A stretch of 64,000 nucleotides of DNA, taken from contig NMRA01000100.1 of the NCBI GenBank assembly GCA_002633005.1, forward strand, positions 335,975 through 399,974, in the 5' to 3' direction. The first letter of the stretch is position 1. Every line of letters starts with the position of its first letter. Both the position numbers and the translations under genes were made by a program. Below the pieces are notes generated by a model that made no database searches, was not told where the DNA came from, and saw only the letters and a program-made list of their open reading frames with translations. This document shows positions 37,801-64,000 of this stretch, one piece after another. Source of the DNA: Phoronis australis. Lineage: Eukaryota > Animalia > Phoronida.

Positions 37801-40370
37801 TAACAACTGGCCTTATATCTGAAAAACGACATGCCCTACATTCGAATACGAGGCCATATACATATACTAAATGCTTAATTGAACGCTCCCAGTGTCTGTT
37901 ACTGACATCGACTTTTAGATTTGTGCATTAAAGGATGAAGTGGAAACTGAATGGCCATGATTGACAATAATTATATACACAGTAGCTTAGAGATTAGAGT
38001 TTACCTTCTAGAAGTACCAGTCCCTTTTTCATGTCATCGTTGTACTGGCTTCGTACTAAACACCAGGCATAATTGAATTCTGTTTTTTCATCAGTTTTTC
38101 CAAGTTTGAGACATTCGTTGTACTGGAGCTCAAATTTCTGGAAAAAGACACAAATCTGAGCGACCAAATAAGAGTGAGACTACGCATGCATTCGGAGTCC
38201 CAAAAATCTGCATTTATGATTTAGTGGTTACAAATCCGCATTCCATCCAAGAAGCAAACTTTTGATGTAGTATTGTAAAATCAGTCTCAATTTGTTCTTT
38301 ACTCAGGTGAGAGGTGATTTCTGGGATTGCAAAGAGCTGACACTTCATTACTTTTCGAGACCATGCTCGGCACACAAAAGGCACCATGTTATGCCAGTTT
38401 GAAGAGCCTGCCTTGGTCTCGAGGAATAATGGTTCTTTCAAAGTCTTGCAGTCATTTCCAAATTGACTAAGGAACAAATTGAGACAAATTTCATAACTGT
38501 AGTAAGTGGTCTTTAGGAAAACAACAGTTAGTTCTTGTGACGGAAGGCAGGTTTGTCGCTGCTAGTTTATATCCATAACACTGACCACATCACTTATTCC
38601 AGAGAAATTCAGAAAATACAACCTATTCACAACCTATGGTAAACCGAGTAAATAGTTTTACATTACTGTCATATGTATGTTTTAAATAACAAGCCTGAGA
38701 TTAGATTCAGACGTCATATCCCCTGGCGCGAGCAGTATAAAACTGGCCAGTTACTGATTTGGGCAACTGAATGAAGGACTGCTCGGAAATTTGAAGTTTG
38801 ATTACGGGAGTATTTGCTCGAGTTAGAAGGAATTAGAAACATCAACGACCTCCTAAGGTGTCCCTTTGTTATGTACCATTTCCAACATCACGATCTGATC
38901 TAGTATCTCGTTTGATTAAACTTGACAAACAAGCCTATTGTGTTGGTACACAATGGTGGGGTAGTAAGCCGGTGAGAGCTTACTATTACATAAAGGAATC
39001 AGTTGAGACTAATTTCTCCGAAATTCAAACGTTTTTCTCCCTTAATAGTTTTTATGGTGATAGCATTTCATACAAAACACATCTTCTTCACGACATATGA
39101 TGAGTGTCATTTGGAAATAGTATTTTCAAATATCGGTTAGCGTCAGGCGCGCTGTTTACAAAATAATTGCTGGATTACGTGACACTATCAGATGAAGGCA
39201 GACAATGAGAGAGCTGACTATGTAAACATTGGTTTGCCAACTGTCTCTCCTTGCTATTGCTGTCAAACTGATAATGACATGACTGTGTCCCAACCAGCCA
39301 ATCAGTGAAATTGAGATACTCATCCCACAACGCGAGTGCATAATGTATGCGCAAAAGGTACATATAGCAACGTGACTTTGATGGTTTAATCACAATGATG
39401 CATCTGTTGCAGAAGTGTTTCCGGTGAATCATATGAGCCTCTGTTAGCCACTGGCAATTGCTTGAATGGTTAGCATGCTCGCCAGTTTTATGGAGGTCGC
39501 TGGTACGATTCCTGGGTTGGGAAAACTCGGCTATTACTACAAATGGCGAAATCGGCAAACGGATCGACTGACAAAGCACTGCCAATTACTACGCGTGGAC
39601 CTTGGATGGCGAGCATGGTGATGGTGAATGATTGTAAAATTTCCAGGAGTCAAGGACCTACATGAGCGACAACCTAGTGTTCACTTGTGTTGTAGTGGCA
39701 AAGATACCAAGGCCAAGGGAAGTTGATGACCTGTACTAGTACGCGAGACAATTAACCTTGTGTTCACCTTCCTGGTGGCGGGCCTGTTCCCTAGGAAAGG
39801 GGGAATGTTGTAGACGTGCTTCCTGTAATCATATAAGCCTCTGTTAGCCACTCGCTAAAGGGCAATTCCCTATTAGCTGAATGGTTAGCACACTCGCCGG
39901 TTAGGGGGTTGCTGGTTCGATTCCCGAAAGGGGTAATGTCGGCTATTACTACACATCGTTCACAGAAAAGCTTCCGGCGTATAAAGGGCTTATGGGATGG
40001 CCACCTTTTACAGCTAGTTGAGACGGTGGCACTGTTTGGGGACAAGACGGATAATAATACAATCTAGTGTGAGTGTGAATTTACTTATTTACTGAAATTT
40101 TACTGGCAGTGGCAGGCAAGTTACTCAGTAACTTGCCTGCCATCACTATCACTCAGTGATACTATCAGTCAGTAAGTCAGTAAGTGGTCTAAATCAAAAG
40201 TTGGGCGATGTGACAGAAAGCAGCATTATTTACAGACATTTTACGTGACTAGTTTATGGCCGCTTTACTAATATTTACAATTTATACACTCAGATTTAGG
40301 TCCTACGGTAGCAGAGCGACCAAACCTTTAAATCCTGCACACTGACATCTTCGTCGACGATGTCCTCCAT
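34898..40370 (-). CDS. FIS1: Mitochondrial fission 1 protein, 156 aa
   Basis: Exons 40370-40326 (MEDIVDEDVSVQDLK), 38137-38005 (KFELQYNECLKLGKTDEKTEFNYAWCLVRSQYNDDMKKGLVLLE), 36644-36565 (GLYKNSRDDHAKRDYLYYLAIGCLRLK), 35770-35665, 35004-34898. All GT-AG, 471 nt. TPR-like motifs YAWCLVRS, RDYLYYLA and EPQN; C-terminal TM anchor followed by SKKS. Confidence 0.95.
35312..35538. mobile_element. hAT-like MITE in FIS1 intron 4
   Basis: TIR cataggtgtagga / tcctacgtctatg; perfect 5-bp TSD aatag; counterpart at ~33592-33818. Confidence 0.65.
36196..36259. repeat. 29-bp tandem repeat
   Basis: agtcaggtagcagagatctcaacaaaata x2. Confidence 0.9.
36718..36832 (+). mobile_element. tRNA-derived SINE fragment (same family as 3210-3328)
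   Basis: gtgtggcctagtg A box, ggttcgattcc B box, followed by gcccttgagtcaag. Confidence 0.6.
39425..39952 (+). repeat. Two related tRNA/SINE-like repeats in FIS1 intron 1 (~39425-39541 and ~39826-39952)
   Basis: Shared gcctctgttagccact...gaatggttagca...ggt(t/a)cgattcc...tcggctattactaca. Confidence 0.55.
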
Positions 40371-43300
40371 TTCTTCCGGGTTACAAAAGGTGGCGACCTC
40401 TGTGATCAATTTTCAAGACTGATTGGAAACACTGACACGTCAACGCGTCAAGGGACAACCACTGCGAGCCTTATGGGTTAACTGCAGGCTGTTATAGTTA
40501 CGAATTTTTCAAACCTGTTATTAGGCTGCTACACGTTATTTTAGACAATTCCCCAAGATAAGACATGCGCATACACTTAGTGAAGGGCAACCGTGACCGC
40601 CAGGAGAGCATGGACTAAAAACAGTCGGAGCACCACGAGCCGCTCATACGAATGCATTCCATTCCTTAAAATGAATATTTTCAGCACCACTTGCCATCCT
40701 AATTTCGTTTCATTTCTTCAAGAAAACACTATTACGATACCATTTTAAGAGATTCCTGACAAAGCCGTCAACCCTAAGAGACAATTGATTTCACTTCGGA
40801 GGGCCTCCCTACTCACGTGAGGAAATAACTCGGGCTAAGAATCAGCGGGCACCTTCCAAGGACTATACTAGACTAGACTATAAATATAAAAGGGTCAAAA
40901 TAATTTCAAAAACAGGAAATGTCTGAGCAGCAACTCATGCTATCCGATCGATGGGTGATAAAACTTAGAAGTCCGCCGGGTTTTCGCCACAGTGCACGGG
41001 TTCCCAATTTCAAAAGGCGGAACTAGAACCGGCGCCCCTTTATCGCTTGCTAAATATGGGTTCATGGAAACAGTTTTGTATTCCGTAAACATTGTCTGTT
41101 TACATTTAAAAAATCTGAATCAATTTGCTAGGGATAATTTGTGCATCGAAAGCTTTCTCGATCGTCTCGGACTTCAGTTCGAATAAGCCTACTGACGGGC
41201 CGCGCCCGCGCTAAATTGCCAAATTCAAATGATAAAGCTGCAAGGAAACGAAGGTTGACACGAAGTAAAACACCCTAATGACATAACAGAGAGGCTCATC
41301 TTCATTACAAAAAAAAATAATTGAAGAATTTTCCTCCGTAAAATTAAGAAAATAGAACTTCGCTAAATCATGACGGAGCATCAGTGTACAGAATACTGCT
41401 CTGTTAGGTTTAACGTACATAAACCAGTTGTGTGCATTTGGATAAATGCTCACTAGTTTACAATGAGAGGTTTTCCGGTTTTTCCGCAGTACAAGATTGG
41501 TGCATAGCGTTGGTTCATTAAGCGCCGGCTAAGAAACTATGGTAATAGTGTGCTCAACTGACCAGGACAGGATAAGTGGTCTGCTGCAATGAATTGCTTC
41601 TCGTTAACAAAGATTCAGCTGTCTTATTGTTTGGCAAATCCCCCAATGACGTCTCGTGGGTACTCGATGTTTTTGACGGGGAGTTACATGTACATCTGAA
41701 CTTGAATGGGATGCCTTTCCATTTAGAGAGTGGACTCGAAAACGGGGAATCTATTTGTAGAAAACTAACCCGTTGTAGGCTAGGATACGAGTTTTATCAA
41801 ACTTAACCCTTTAGAATGGATTAGTGGACATCTGAAATTTTAATGCCTGAAGTTCGAAACGATGCAGGAAAAGATGAGTCAACAGTGTCATGGTATAGGG
41901 TAAAGTGTTACATCGACACGTACATTTTAAAATGTCGACGTTTCAGGTTTAATTACTCTATATCCTGTCATATATCAGCCTGATGAGTGCTCGTATCGTA
42001 GCATATGTGCCTTTGAATGTGAATATTGTGAAATTAGTAGAACTGGTGCAGTTTAAAAACGATCTCATTCATAGAGTTTCACGATCCAAAAGTGAACCGT
42101 GTTGTATCTGGTGCGAATTTGCTGTGACTACAATTGCAGTGTTAGAAAAGGCACCCTTTAATAGGAATCTCGTATATTTTCTCTAGGAGCAACCCCCCGG
42201 AACTATGAAGGCGTAGAGAACATTACGTGATGGTTAGGACTTCATTTTTCAAAGACTTTTTCAAAACTTTTGTAAACAGAATGAAGGTAGTGAAGGTAAA
42301 CCATTAAAAGTACTTCGTTAATGTGACCGGCAAACTTGGTTCAAATTATTTGCTTATAACCTAGATTGTGGAATAATTTATTGACAAGAAATATTTTCGT
42401 AAATATTATACAATGCTTGAGAAAGTCGGAGTATCGCGGGCACACACTGGCAAGACTCATACATGTACTCATGCTGATGATCTTAAATTTGTTCATGAAA
42501 AGGCAGACAATAAAAATGTGTGTTTCGTGTCAAACTATTTTTCGCAGATCGGTTTGCAGGAATTTGAAATATAACCCAATTCCCGAGGACTTAATCAGTT
42601 AAGTGTAGTCTAGTCTTGCGAAAATTTGTATACGTTGTTTATTTGAGAAAATGTCATGTTGAAAGGGCATGCGATTTTTTAAACATTTTGGATGGTTAAA
42701 GCTGGTTTGCATTAACATTCATTATGTAATAATTTTAACGAATATTGACCCAAAAAGTGTCTTTAATTGTCCGCGAGCAGTGCAACAACCATCGCATTGT
42801 TTTTGGCTCAGCTATTAAAAAAACAGCACAACATTACGATTAAAATCTGAATGGTACAAACTGGACGAACGGACACAACATAAAGGAGAACTGACCCACA
42901 TACGATATGTCTGTCGTCGTCCGCAGTTATTCCAATCATTTCAGAACACATTAATTATTATTAGCAAGTGCCCGACGTAATCAAGGAAACTGCCTTTATC
43001 AAACCATGGACTGTGACATTGCAATTAACCAATTAAAAATGAGCAATTTACGGTAGAAATTAAAACTTCAATAATCTGGTGAATGTCGCTCAATCATTCA
43101 ATTTTTGGCCTTTTGTTCCGTGTCTCAGTGAATATTCCACCTTGATCTATGCGCTCTTTACTATACTTACATTTTCACGATGTTCACACACACAAATCGT
43201 ATCAACTCTTGATTGTAATTTGTTTCTTCTTTGTATTTTAAATGCAAACCGTTATGTGTTTAAAAGCACACAATTTTTCGCATTTTGTGAATTTTCCAAG

Positions 43301-44510
43301 GACCATAAACATGGCCAGTGCACCATAGAGGGCTGAAGGCTATAGCCCCCCCCCCCTCGATCTTATTTCAGTGCTGCGCCCCCATGCCAAATAGACAGAA
43401 AAATGACCACTAAAATATGAAAATCTTTGCTCCTCGTCGAATAAACTGGGCCTTAGGAGGCCAGGGAAGAACATTGCAGGCGAAATTACACGTAAATATG
43501 TAAATTTAAATGCGGGAACTTTTTACATTTGAAAAGTGCATCTATGAATGAGGTGCAAAGCGTCAAAATAAAATTACCAGGTGAAAGTAGTCACGAAACC
43601 TTTTCTAATATGCTGCAACTAATTAAACAGCGATCAAAAGCCTGAGTTTTAAAATTCAACTTGAGGAGATCTCATGAGCCATCAATTTAAGTTACCGTGG
43701 ATGAAGCTGGTGCCTGTCCGACCGGCTCACAATTGAACTTTTCCATATCTCTGTGATCGCACTCAAGTCCAAATTAAAAAAGGCAAAAGTATAAGGTAGG
43801 TTCCTGACTTTGCCTTACTTTTTCACTCATGATTTCAAAAATGTTGAAAATGACGTAGCTCATTTCACAATAAAAAGTGGCTCAGATCTGTCTCGCGATG
43901 AGAAAAATCCGGCCAAAATCAGATGCCTCATTGAAAATGCACTGCGATATCTCGCTAAATCCGCTATCGTTCTTCGCGGTGTCCCGTGACCAGTTTGTCA
44001 CAGTAGCGACATTTTAAAAAATATTTCAAGTTGGATCACTTGAAAGCTTTTCAATTGTAAATTCGATAAACGACTGCGTTCCTACATTGACAAGTAGAAA
44101 ATGAGATATTTTATCTAGGCCTACCGACTACTCATTCCGGACCAGTCGGGCAGTGAGTGGAAACGAACACTGTTTGCCATGCCCATGCCTCCTTTTCGAT
44201 AGCATGCGAGACATCATAGCGCGGGATTTGAAATCTGCCGGCTAAATGACGTAAATGTCGTGCAGATGCGCGGGATCACCCTTAGCAATAGACCTGATTA
44301 CTTCCGTAAATGTATTATTGCGCGTAACGAAATTTCATTAATGGTTTTCGCCAAATTCGTTTGTTTTCAGGAATGAGCACAGAATTTCAGTATCTACCAC
44401 GTAATTGACCAACTCTCTTAATTAGAGGATATTTTTTTACATATTGTTGTAGATTCTTGTTGAGCGAATGAATGTCCCCTTTGACCTCATTGTGATGCGG
44501 CTTTGACTCA

Positions 44511-44540
44511 GTCCTTTCTTCGAAGTGTTCTTCGCCAATA
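44511..44540 (+). promoter_or_regulatory. Putative TCT/5'TOP-like start of eIF4A
   Basis: Pyrimidine tract cctttctt about 25 nt before the ATG; YY1-like atggcgg at ~44739. Inference from translation-factor and snoRNA-host promoters. Confidence 0.35.
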
Positions 44541-58931
<14,391 letters not shown>

Positions 58932-59629
58932 ATACTGCGAGTTGTACCGTGCGATCTTTCTGTTGACAGAGCGACTTATTAATGCTGCATATGCGACTAT
59001 TGAATATTGAATCTTACGGCAGAAGATAACGATGTGAGTTGACAGTGTTGTCACACGACTTCGGCACGGCTACATTGCGTATCACCTGGATTGTTGGATC
59101 CAAGGCTTTCTATTTTAAAGACATATTTTTGAGGACGTTGCATTATCAACTTATGCTGTATAGGTTACCCACATAAATAGTGACCAGTATTGTAGATGCT
59201 TGTCTCGGTGTGCGTAAAAAGTGCCATCGTATTACACTGACTTAGTCATTGTCAAAATGAAGGGCACTTTAAAATGCTACTTTGTACGGTCTGTCCAGCT
59301 GATCGGCTGGGTGCTCATGTACCCTCCGCACCCCAGTTTGTTGAAAAGCAGTAGAATTCTTGTGATTCTACTCAGCAACAGATGTATAAAGATATTAATA
59401 TATTTATGTTGTGAGCTAGGTGTGGCATTGGAGGGATGTGATTTGGTTGTTGATGAGCAATTGTTGGAAAATCAGTGATGAAATAGTGTAAAAAATAAAA
59501 AGTGAAACGAAAGGTGTGCTGTACTGTTGCTAAGAGATAACGGAGCAACTCGTGCGTAGTTCCACTGGTAATGGAAAAGTGGGGAAACGACGCAGACAGT
59601 TTGGACGAAGTCGTGGAAGTTGAAAAATG

Positions 59630-59635
59630 AATAAA
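59630..59635 (+). promoter_or_regulatory. Candidate eIF4A polyadenylation signal
   Basis: AATAAA followed by a GU-rich tract; an alternative AATAAA lies at 59494-99. Confidence 0.4.
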
Positions 59636-62036
59636 CCCCTCATTTGGTGTTATTGGTCGAGTGTTTGATTGTGCTTGGCAACAATCGGCAAAGTGCTTCG
59701 CTTTGTGGAAGAATGAAGTTGAGGAAAGGTATTCAGACAAACTGACACGTGGTGATGGTCGAGTAGAAGCCATATCCATGATTACCATAGAGGAATTGAT
59801 AGTATAGTTCTGTTATTAGAATTTCATGGTCATGATAGATATTACTAGTCACTTTTCCTTCAAACAATTTGCCGTCATGATTGGGGAAACCTATACTTTA
59901 TCTTAGTATTTTTGTCTTGCTGTACACCATAAAAAATAGTTGGAAATGATACATGTATGTTATGCGAATGGGAGCCATTTGTTCGTCATTTTCAACAGAA
60001 TGTTTCCATGTTTTCCGAGACGACAAGGTTGCCAGCTTTTCACAATTTTATAAGCATGCTACATAATTTTACGACCTAAAATTCTTCAAGATTTTTAGAA
60101 TTTATTTTCTTATTGAATTAAGCTGAAATTAAAAAAAAAAAAACAACTTCGCATTAATCAGTTTTGAAGTGCCATACTGGCCTTGTTTGAGGTACAAAAC
60201 GACACAAGATCCAACCAGTAAGAGCAAGAGGTATCCCGAATACAAGAGTATATTGAATTGAAAATGACTCTTCGTTTTCACGATTGGTAAGTTAGTTTGT
60301 AAATGAGTTAGACTATTGAATGAATAAGGCAGTTGGGGTACCATCTGATTTGGAGATCGTGTGGAGAGTATTTAAAATGAAAACGACAAGATATTGGGTT
60401 TTATTGACGAAACGGGGAAAGTGGTATCCATTTTTTGCACCAAGTTTAGCACAGAGAACTTGGGCATCTGCAGGCTACAACAAAAAGTGAAGACGCTGAG
60501 TTTTGCCGAATTTTCGTAATCTGGATGGTACGAAATGGCATCGTGATTAGAAGGTGGCTCCGCGTCCTGATTAATTCTGTAATCATTACAATAAGTTGAG
60601 CCTCGCTCTCACTGAACTATCGTGTTTGGTTCCTAGTGTACTAGACGTAGAAAGTTTGAAATTCTTTGTCAAGTGTGGTGCTCTATGGTATGCAGTCATG
60701 TTGCCATTTAGGAAGGTACCATGACTTAAATCCATTATCGAAACTGATGTAATGAAAAGCCTTTGCCCTAGAATTTTATTCAAGAGTGGTTTCTGAACAA
60801 CTTTGCGTTGTGGCTACTTGCTATTGGATTCATCTGATCAAAATCATAGTGCTCGCAAGTTCTAACTCTCCACGTAGTGACACTGGGAATACCACGCCAA
60901 GGTTCACATGTGTTTTAACATTACTGAGGTGCACTGCAAAATGCCAGGGAAATCAAAGGAAGGCGTTGAAAGAGACGTGCAAATCTAGTGGTGTTGCCAT
61001 ATATTGGGTTTACTGTCATTGGCAAATGCAAAATATGTTTGATTATGATGACGTGCGTTTGTTGCTTGTTCGCTCGCATACTTCATGTCGCATTCTTAAT
61101 CCGATTGACGTGAAATTTTAAATGCGCGACTCTTGAATAGATCGGAGCTTGTTTTTGACTGACACAATGTGACGCTATGGTTGCCATTTTTTTTAATTTG
61201 CGGAGCTTCTTAGCTCCACTGTCCGTGAAGGGATGATTCTGAAATATGGTTTGTTGACAGATCATTTCAAGTGTTGTCTGAAGTGCATCACATTTACATC
61301 TTGATGATTCCCTAGTTATTTGTGATTTTCCATTGGCTACTCTGTATTTTCGTGCCATTTCTCCATCATCCGTTGACGGATTGAGATTTTGTGCGAGGAT
61401 AGATCTCGTCAGGCTCTGTCCTCTAGCTTTAGTTATCCCGTGCGTTTCTGGTTCAGAGTTATTTGAGATTTAGTGGTGAGGTTTCTTTTGTTGACCAAAT
61501 TCCTCATTGCAGTTTTGTTGGACTATGTGCACCCTATTGGATGAGTTTGCATTTTTCGTCCATCGACTAGAAATTTAAATATGTTGCATAATCATGAAAA
61601 GCTCTTGATCTATTGTTCTGAGCATAATGGCACACAAGATGGTTGTGTAATAATTGCAGAGTTCTGGCTTCGGAAATTTGGAATGTACATACATATTGTC
61701 AGTTATACCGGTACCTATCTGCAGTGGGTGAAATTGGTTTCTCACTCATACTTTATCGTTCTCAAGCAAGTAAATTTTTCTGATTTGACAAGTCCTCTTT
61801 CATGAATTGATTCCTCAATGCTCTTGTGTTGATGTTGGTGCCATGGGTACGAGGGTTCATTCTGTTCGTGCTTTCGTAATCAACCTCGGTGTCACTCCTT
61901 GGGTAGCTTCCATTTCATGAATTTCCCAGAACTCAATTGCATTGGACATCAATAACTTAGAAGGTGGAGTGTGGTGGCACCCTTTACCCATTATTTGTGC
62001 CTACAGTGAGCAAACCAGACATGGACGACAAAATTA

Positions 62037-63279
62037 TTTATTGACAACAAATAAAATATTTTACATAATTATGTGATAGATGGCTAGACATCTGTGAAAA
62101 CTGGAGCTGAGTAAAACAACATCTTACAAATAAGTGTCTGAATTAGGTTTGAAAGGTTAAGATATTGGTGTGGTGACAAGAGGCTGTTACCATCTTGTAC
62201 CATTCTGGGCTTGACTATTCAGAATCCAATGGGGGTAATAAAACATCAAAACTAATAATATATAAACCACAAATCCCAAGTGGTGTTAAATACAGGATGG
62301 TCCAAAACGCACCCTACTTAATGTACATGCATGTTCTACATTTTCTCATGATTCACCTGGACAGGGAGATTCTTTTGAAACCAATACGAATCCTATTGGA
62401 CAATACACGAACCAGCAACTAACAAAAATTGTCTACATTACCATTAAGTCAGTTTTCCTGGCACGGAGACAATGCAGATTAGATTTCAGCAGGAACAGAG
62501 CGTGTGACGGGGAAACCGAACAATTGGCTGAATTTTAAGAGACAAACTGTAGCAAATATCAAAAGGTCACACCGGTCAACATCTTCCAACCAGAGTTGAC
62601 TCTCCCCATGTGTTTGCCAGTAGACCTTTCCTTATTTAAATCCAACAAGCCACAGCCATTTCCAATCCTGTGACTGGTGATGTCTTAACGAAAACCTGTT
62701 CGTCATTCCACTTCCATTTCGATCTGCTTTCTCAACAAAGTTAGGATCTTGTAAAGAAACAACCATAGGTCCATGTGGTGAATCTTTAAAGTTGACACCG
62801 TGATTTTTTGGTTTCATCAAAATGTACCAGCAAAGTTTCAAGTTTAGTTGGAGTTCATGCTGAAAGAGATCCATTGCTGTGACTTTAATTGATTTTTGTA
62901 ACATTTCAACGTCTCCTGAAATTTGACCACTGTCAAATGGTCCTATCACGAGCACTGCTCAAGTCAAAATCTATCCTCCACATTGTCTTGTCTTTGAAGA
63001 TTTTATGGAAAAGTAGACCTCTTCAAGAGTTATCCACTGCTGTATCTAAGTTGATCCATTTTGGTGTCAAAAGAATCCCGCAGGTCTACAGCACTTGAAA
63101 AATATCAGAAAAAGGGTATAAAACACATTTACGACGAAGTACAAAATAGGGTACTCTTTGGACAACCCTAAACATAAAATTCAGCAAAGCATTTACAATC
63201 ATGGGGACAAAAGGTGGCTAACTTCCCAGCATGAGGAGACATACTTCACCACAATGGCGACAGGCAGTCAAGCGAGAAA
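62037..63279 (-). other. Probable 3' end (small exons and 3' UTR) of an unidentified minus-strand gene extending beyond the window
   Basis: Minus-strand AATAAA at 62037-42; acceptor-like tttttcaag / tgctgtag near 63086-63100; small AG-GT bounded exon ~63245-63279 reading SRLTACRHCGE. Frame and identity unresolved. Confidence 0.3.
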
Positions 63280-64000
63280 CTAAAAATACATAACAGCATA
63301 CCTAAACAACAAAACTTCAGTATCCAAAGTTGTTTTAAGGACGTTCGACCCAGTAGACAAAAAGTCGTATGGCAGTTATTGTTTTACGGCTTTTGCTGAC
63401 ATATTAAACATTTGAATCTCATTTTTTATTTCAAAAAACAGACTGTTGAACTTGAAAAATGTTGATGTTGAGTTTCAGCAACCCATGTAAACTGTTTAGG
63501 CAGCTGTAGCGGTAAAACTTATTTCATGGCTCCCAAATTTTTTACAGCTTAGGTAAAAACCAAAATGCAAAATATGAAAATTTAAGAAAAAAATCAAGTA
63601 CACAATAAATCAAAACTGAGTAGAAAACCCTTGAATTAGGCAATTTGCATTCTCAAATTTTCACAACCGAATGGAGTTCGTTGATTGCTTTTGTGGCTAG
63701 ATTAGCCAATTTGACTTATTTTGGTTTGAAATACATGACAATGACCAAGACCTAGTCACCATTGTATAAGAAATAACCTGGCGTTTTCACAAGCACATGT
63801 CTTAGTCAACTAACTAAAACTGTACAATGCGTTCACAACTGTTAAACAAAAAATATACATGAGTTCTTGGCGATATATTCGTTACATATATTGCATCACA
63901 TATGCAACAGGTTCAGATTTCCACCAGAGCCTAAGCCTTTAGAGACCCACCCCTGAACGTCTCATGAGCATTTACGTAATACATTATAAACTCGATAACT

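Noticed and set aside
39826-39952. Genuine tRNA genes here and at 3210, 11540 and 36718
   Set aside because: A/B boxes are present, but there is no consistent cloverleaf or acceptor stem; SINE heads explain them better
44371-44400. Alternative first coding exon of eIF4A (ATGAGCACAGAA...C-gtaatt)
   Set aside because: Phase 1 end is incompatible with the phase 2 start of exon 2
60300-61990. Degenerate retroelement coding remnant
   Set aside because: Coding-like composition on the minus strand, but no RT, endonuclease or integrase motif could be read

Overview
Eukaryotic (invertebrate animal) genomic DNA from a draft assembly, with GT-AG introns and single-N joins; the species cannot be determined. 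Three complete spliced genes can be read directly: (1) an SLC16/MCT-family transporter (+, 18700-23877, 4 coding exons, 448 aa); (2) FIS1, the mitochondrial fission protein (-, 34898-40370, 5 exons, 156 aa), largely missed by the ORF track; (3) the DEAD-box helicase eIF4A (+, 44541-58931, 10 exons, 416 aa). FIS1 and eIF4A are head-to-head. The probable 3' end of a fourth gene (-) lies at about 62-63.3 kb. The rest is TE-rich: a deleted Kolobok element with THAP and H2CH-type remnants, Kolobok, Merlin, Harbinger and hAT-like MITEs with readable TSDs, Helentron-type elements and tRNA-derived SINE fragments. Two tandem duplications joined by a single N are probably haplotype or assembly artefacts. 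The most notable observations are: two paralogous H/ACA snoRNA candidates in eIF4A introns with a compensatory base change; a two-headed Kolobok derivative whose inverted arms both include the transposase start; and a 50-bp duplication of the last MCT splice acceptor that creates a truncating alternative. I see no clearly new multi-gene system; these are the best leads. All identifications come from manual reading and recalled family motifs, not database searches.
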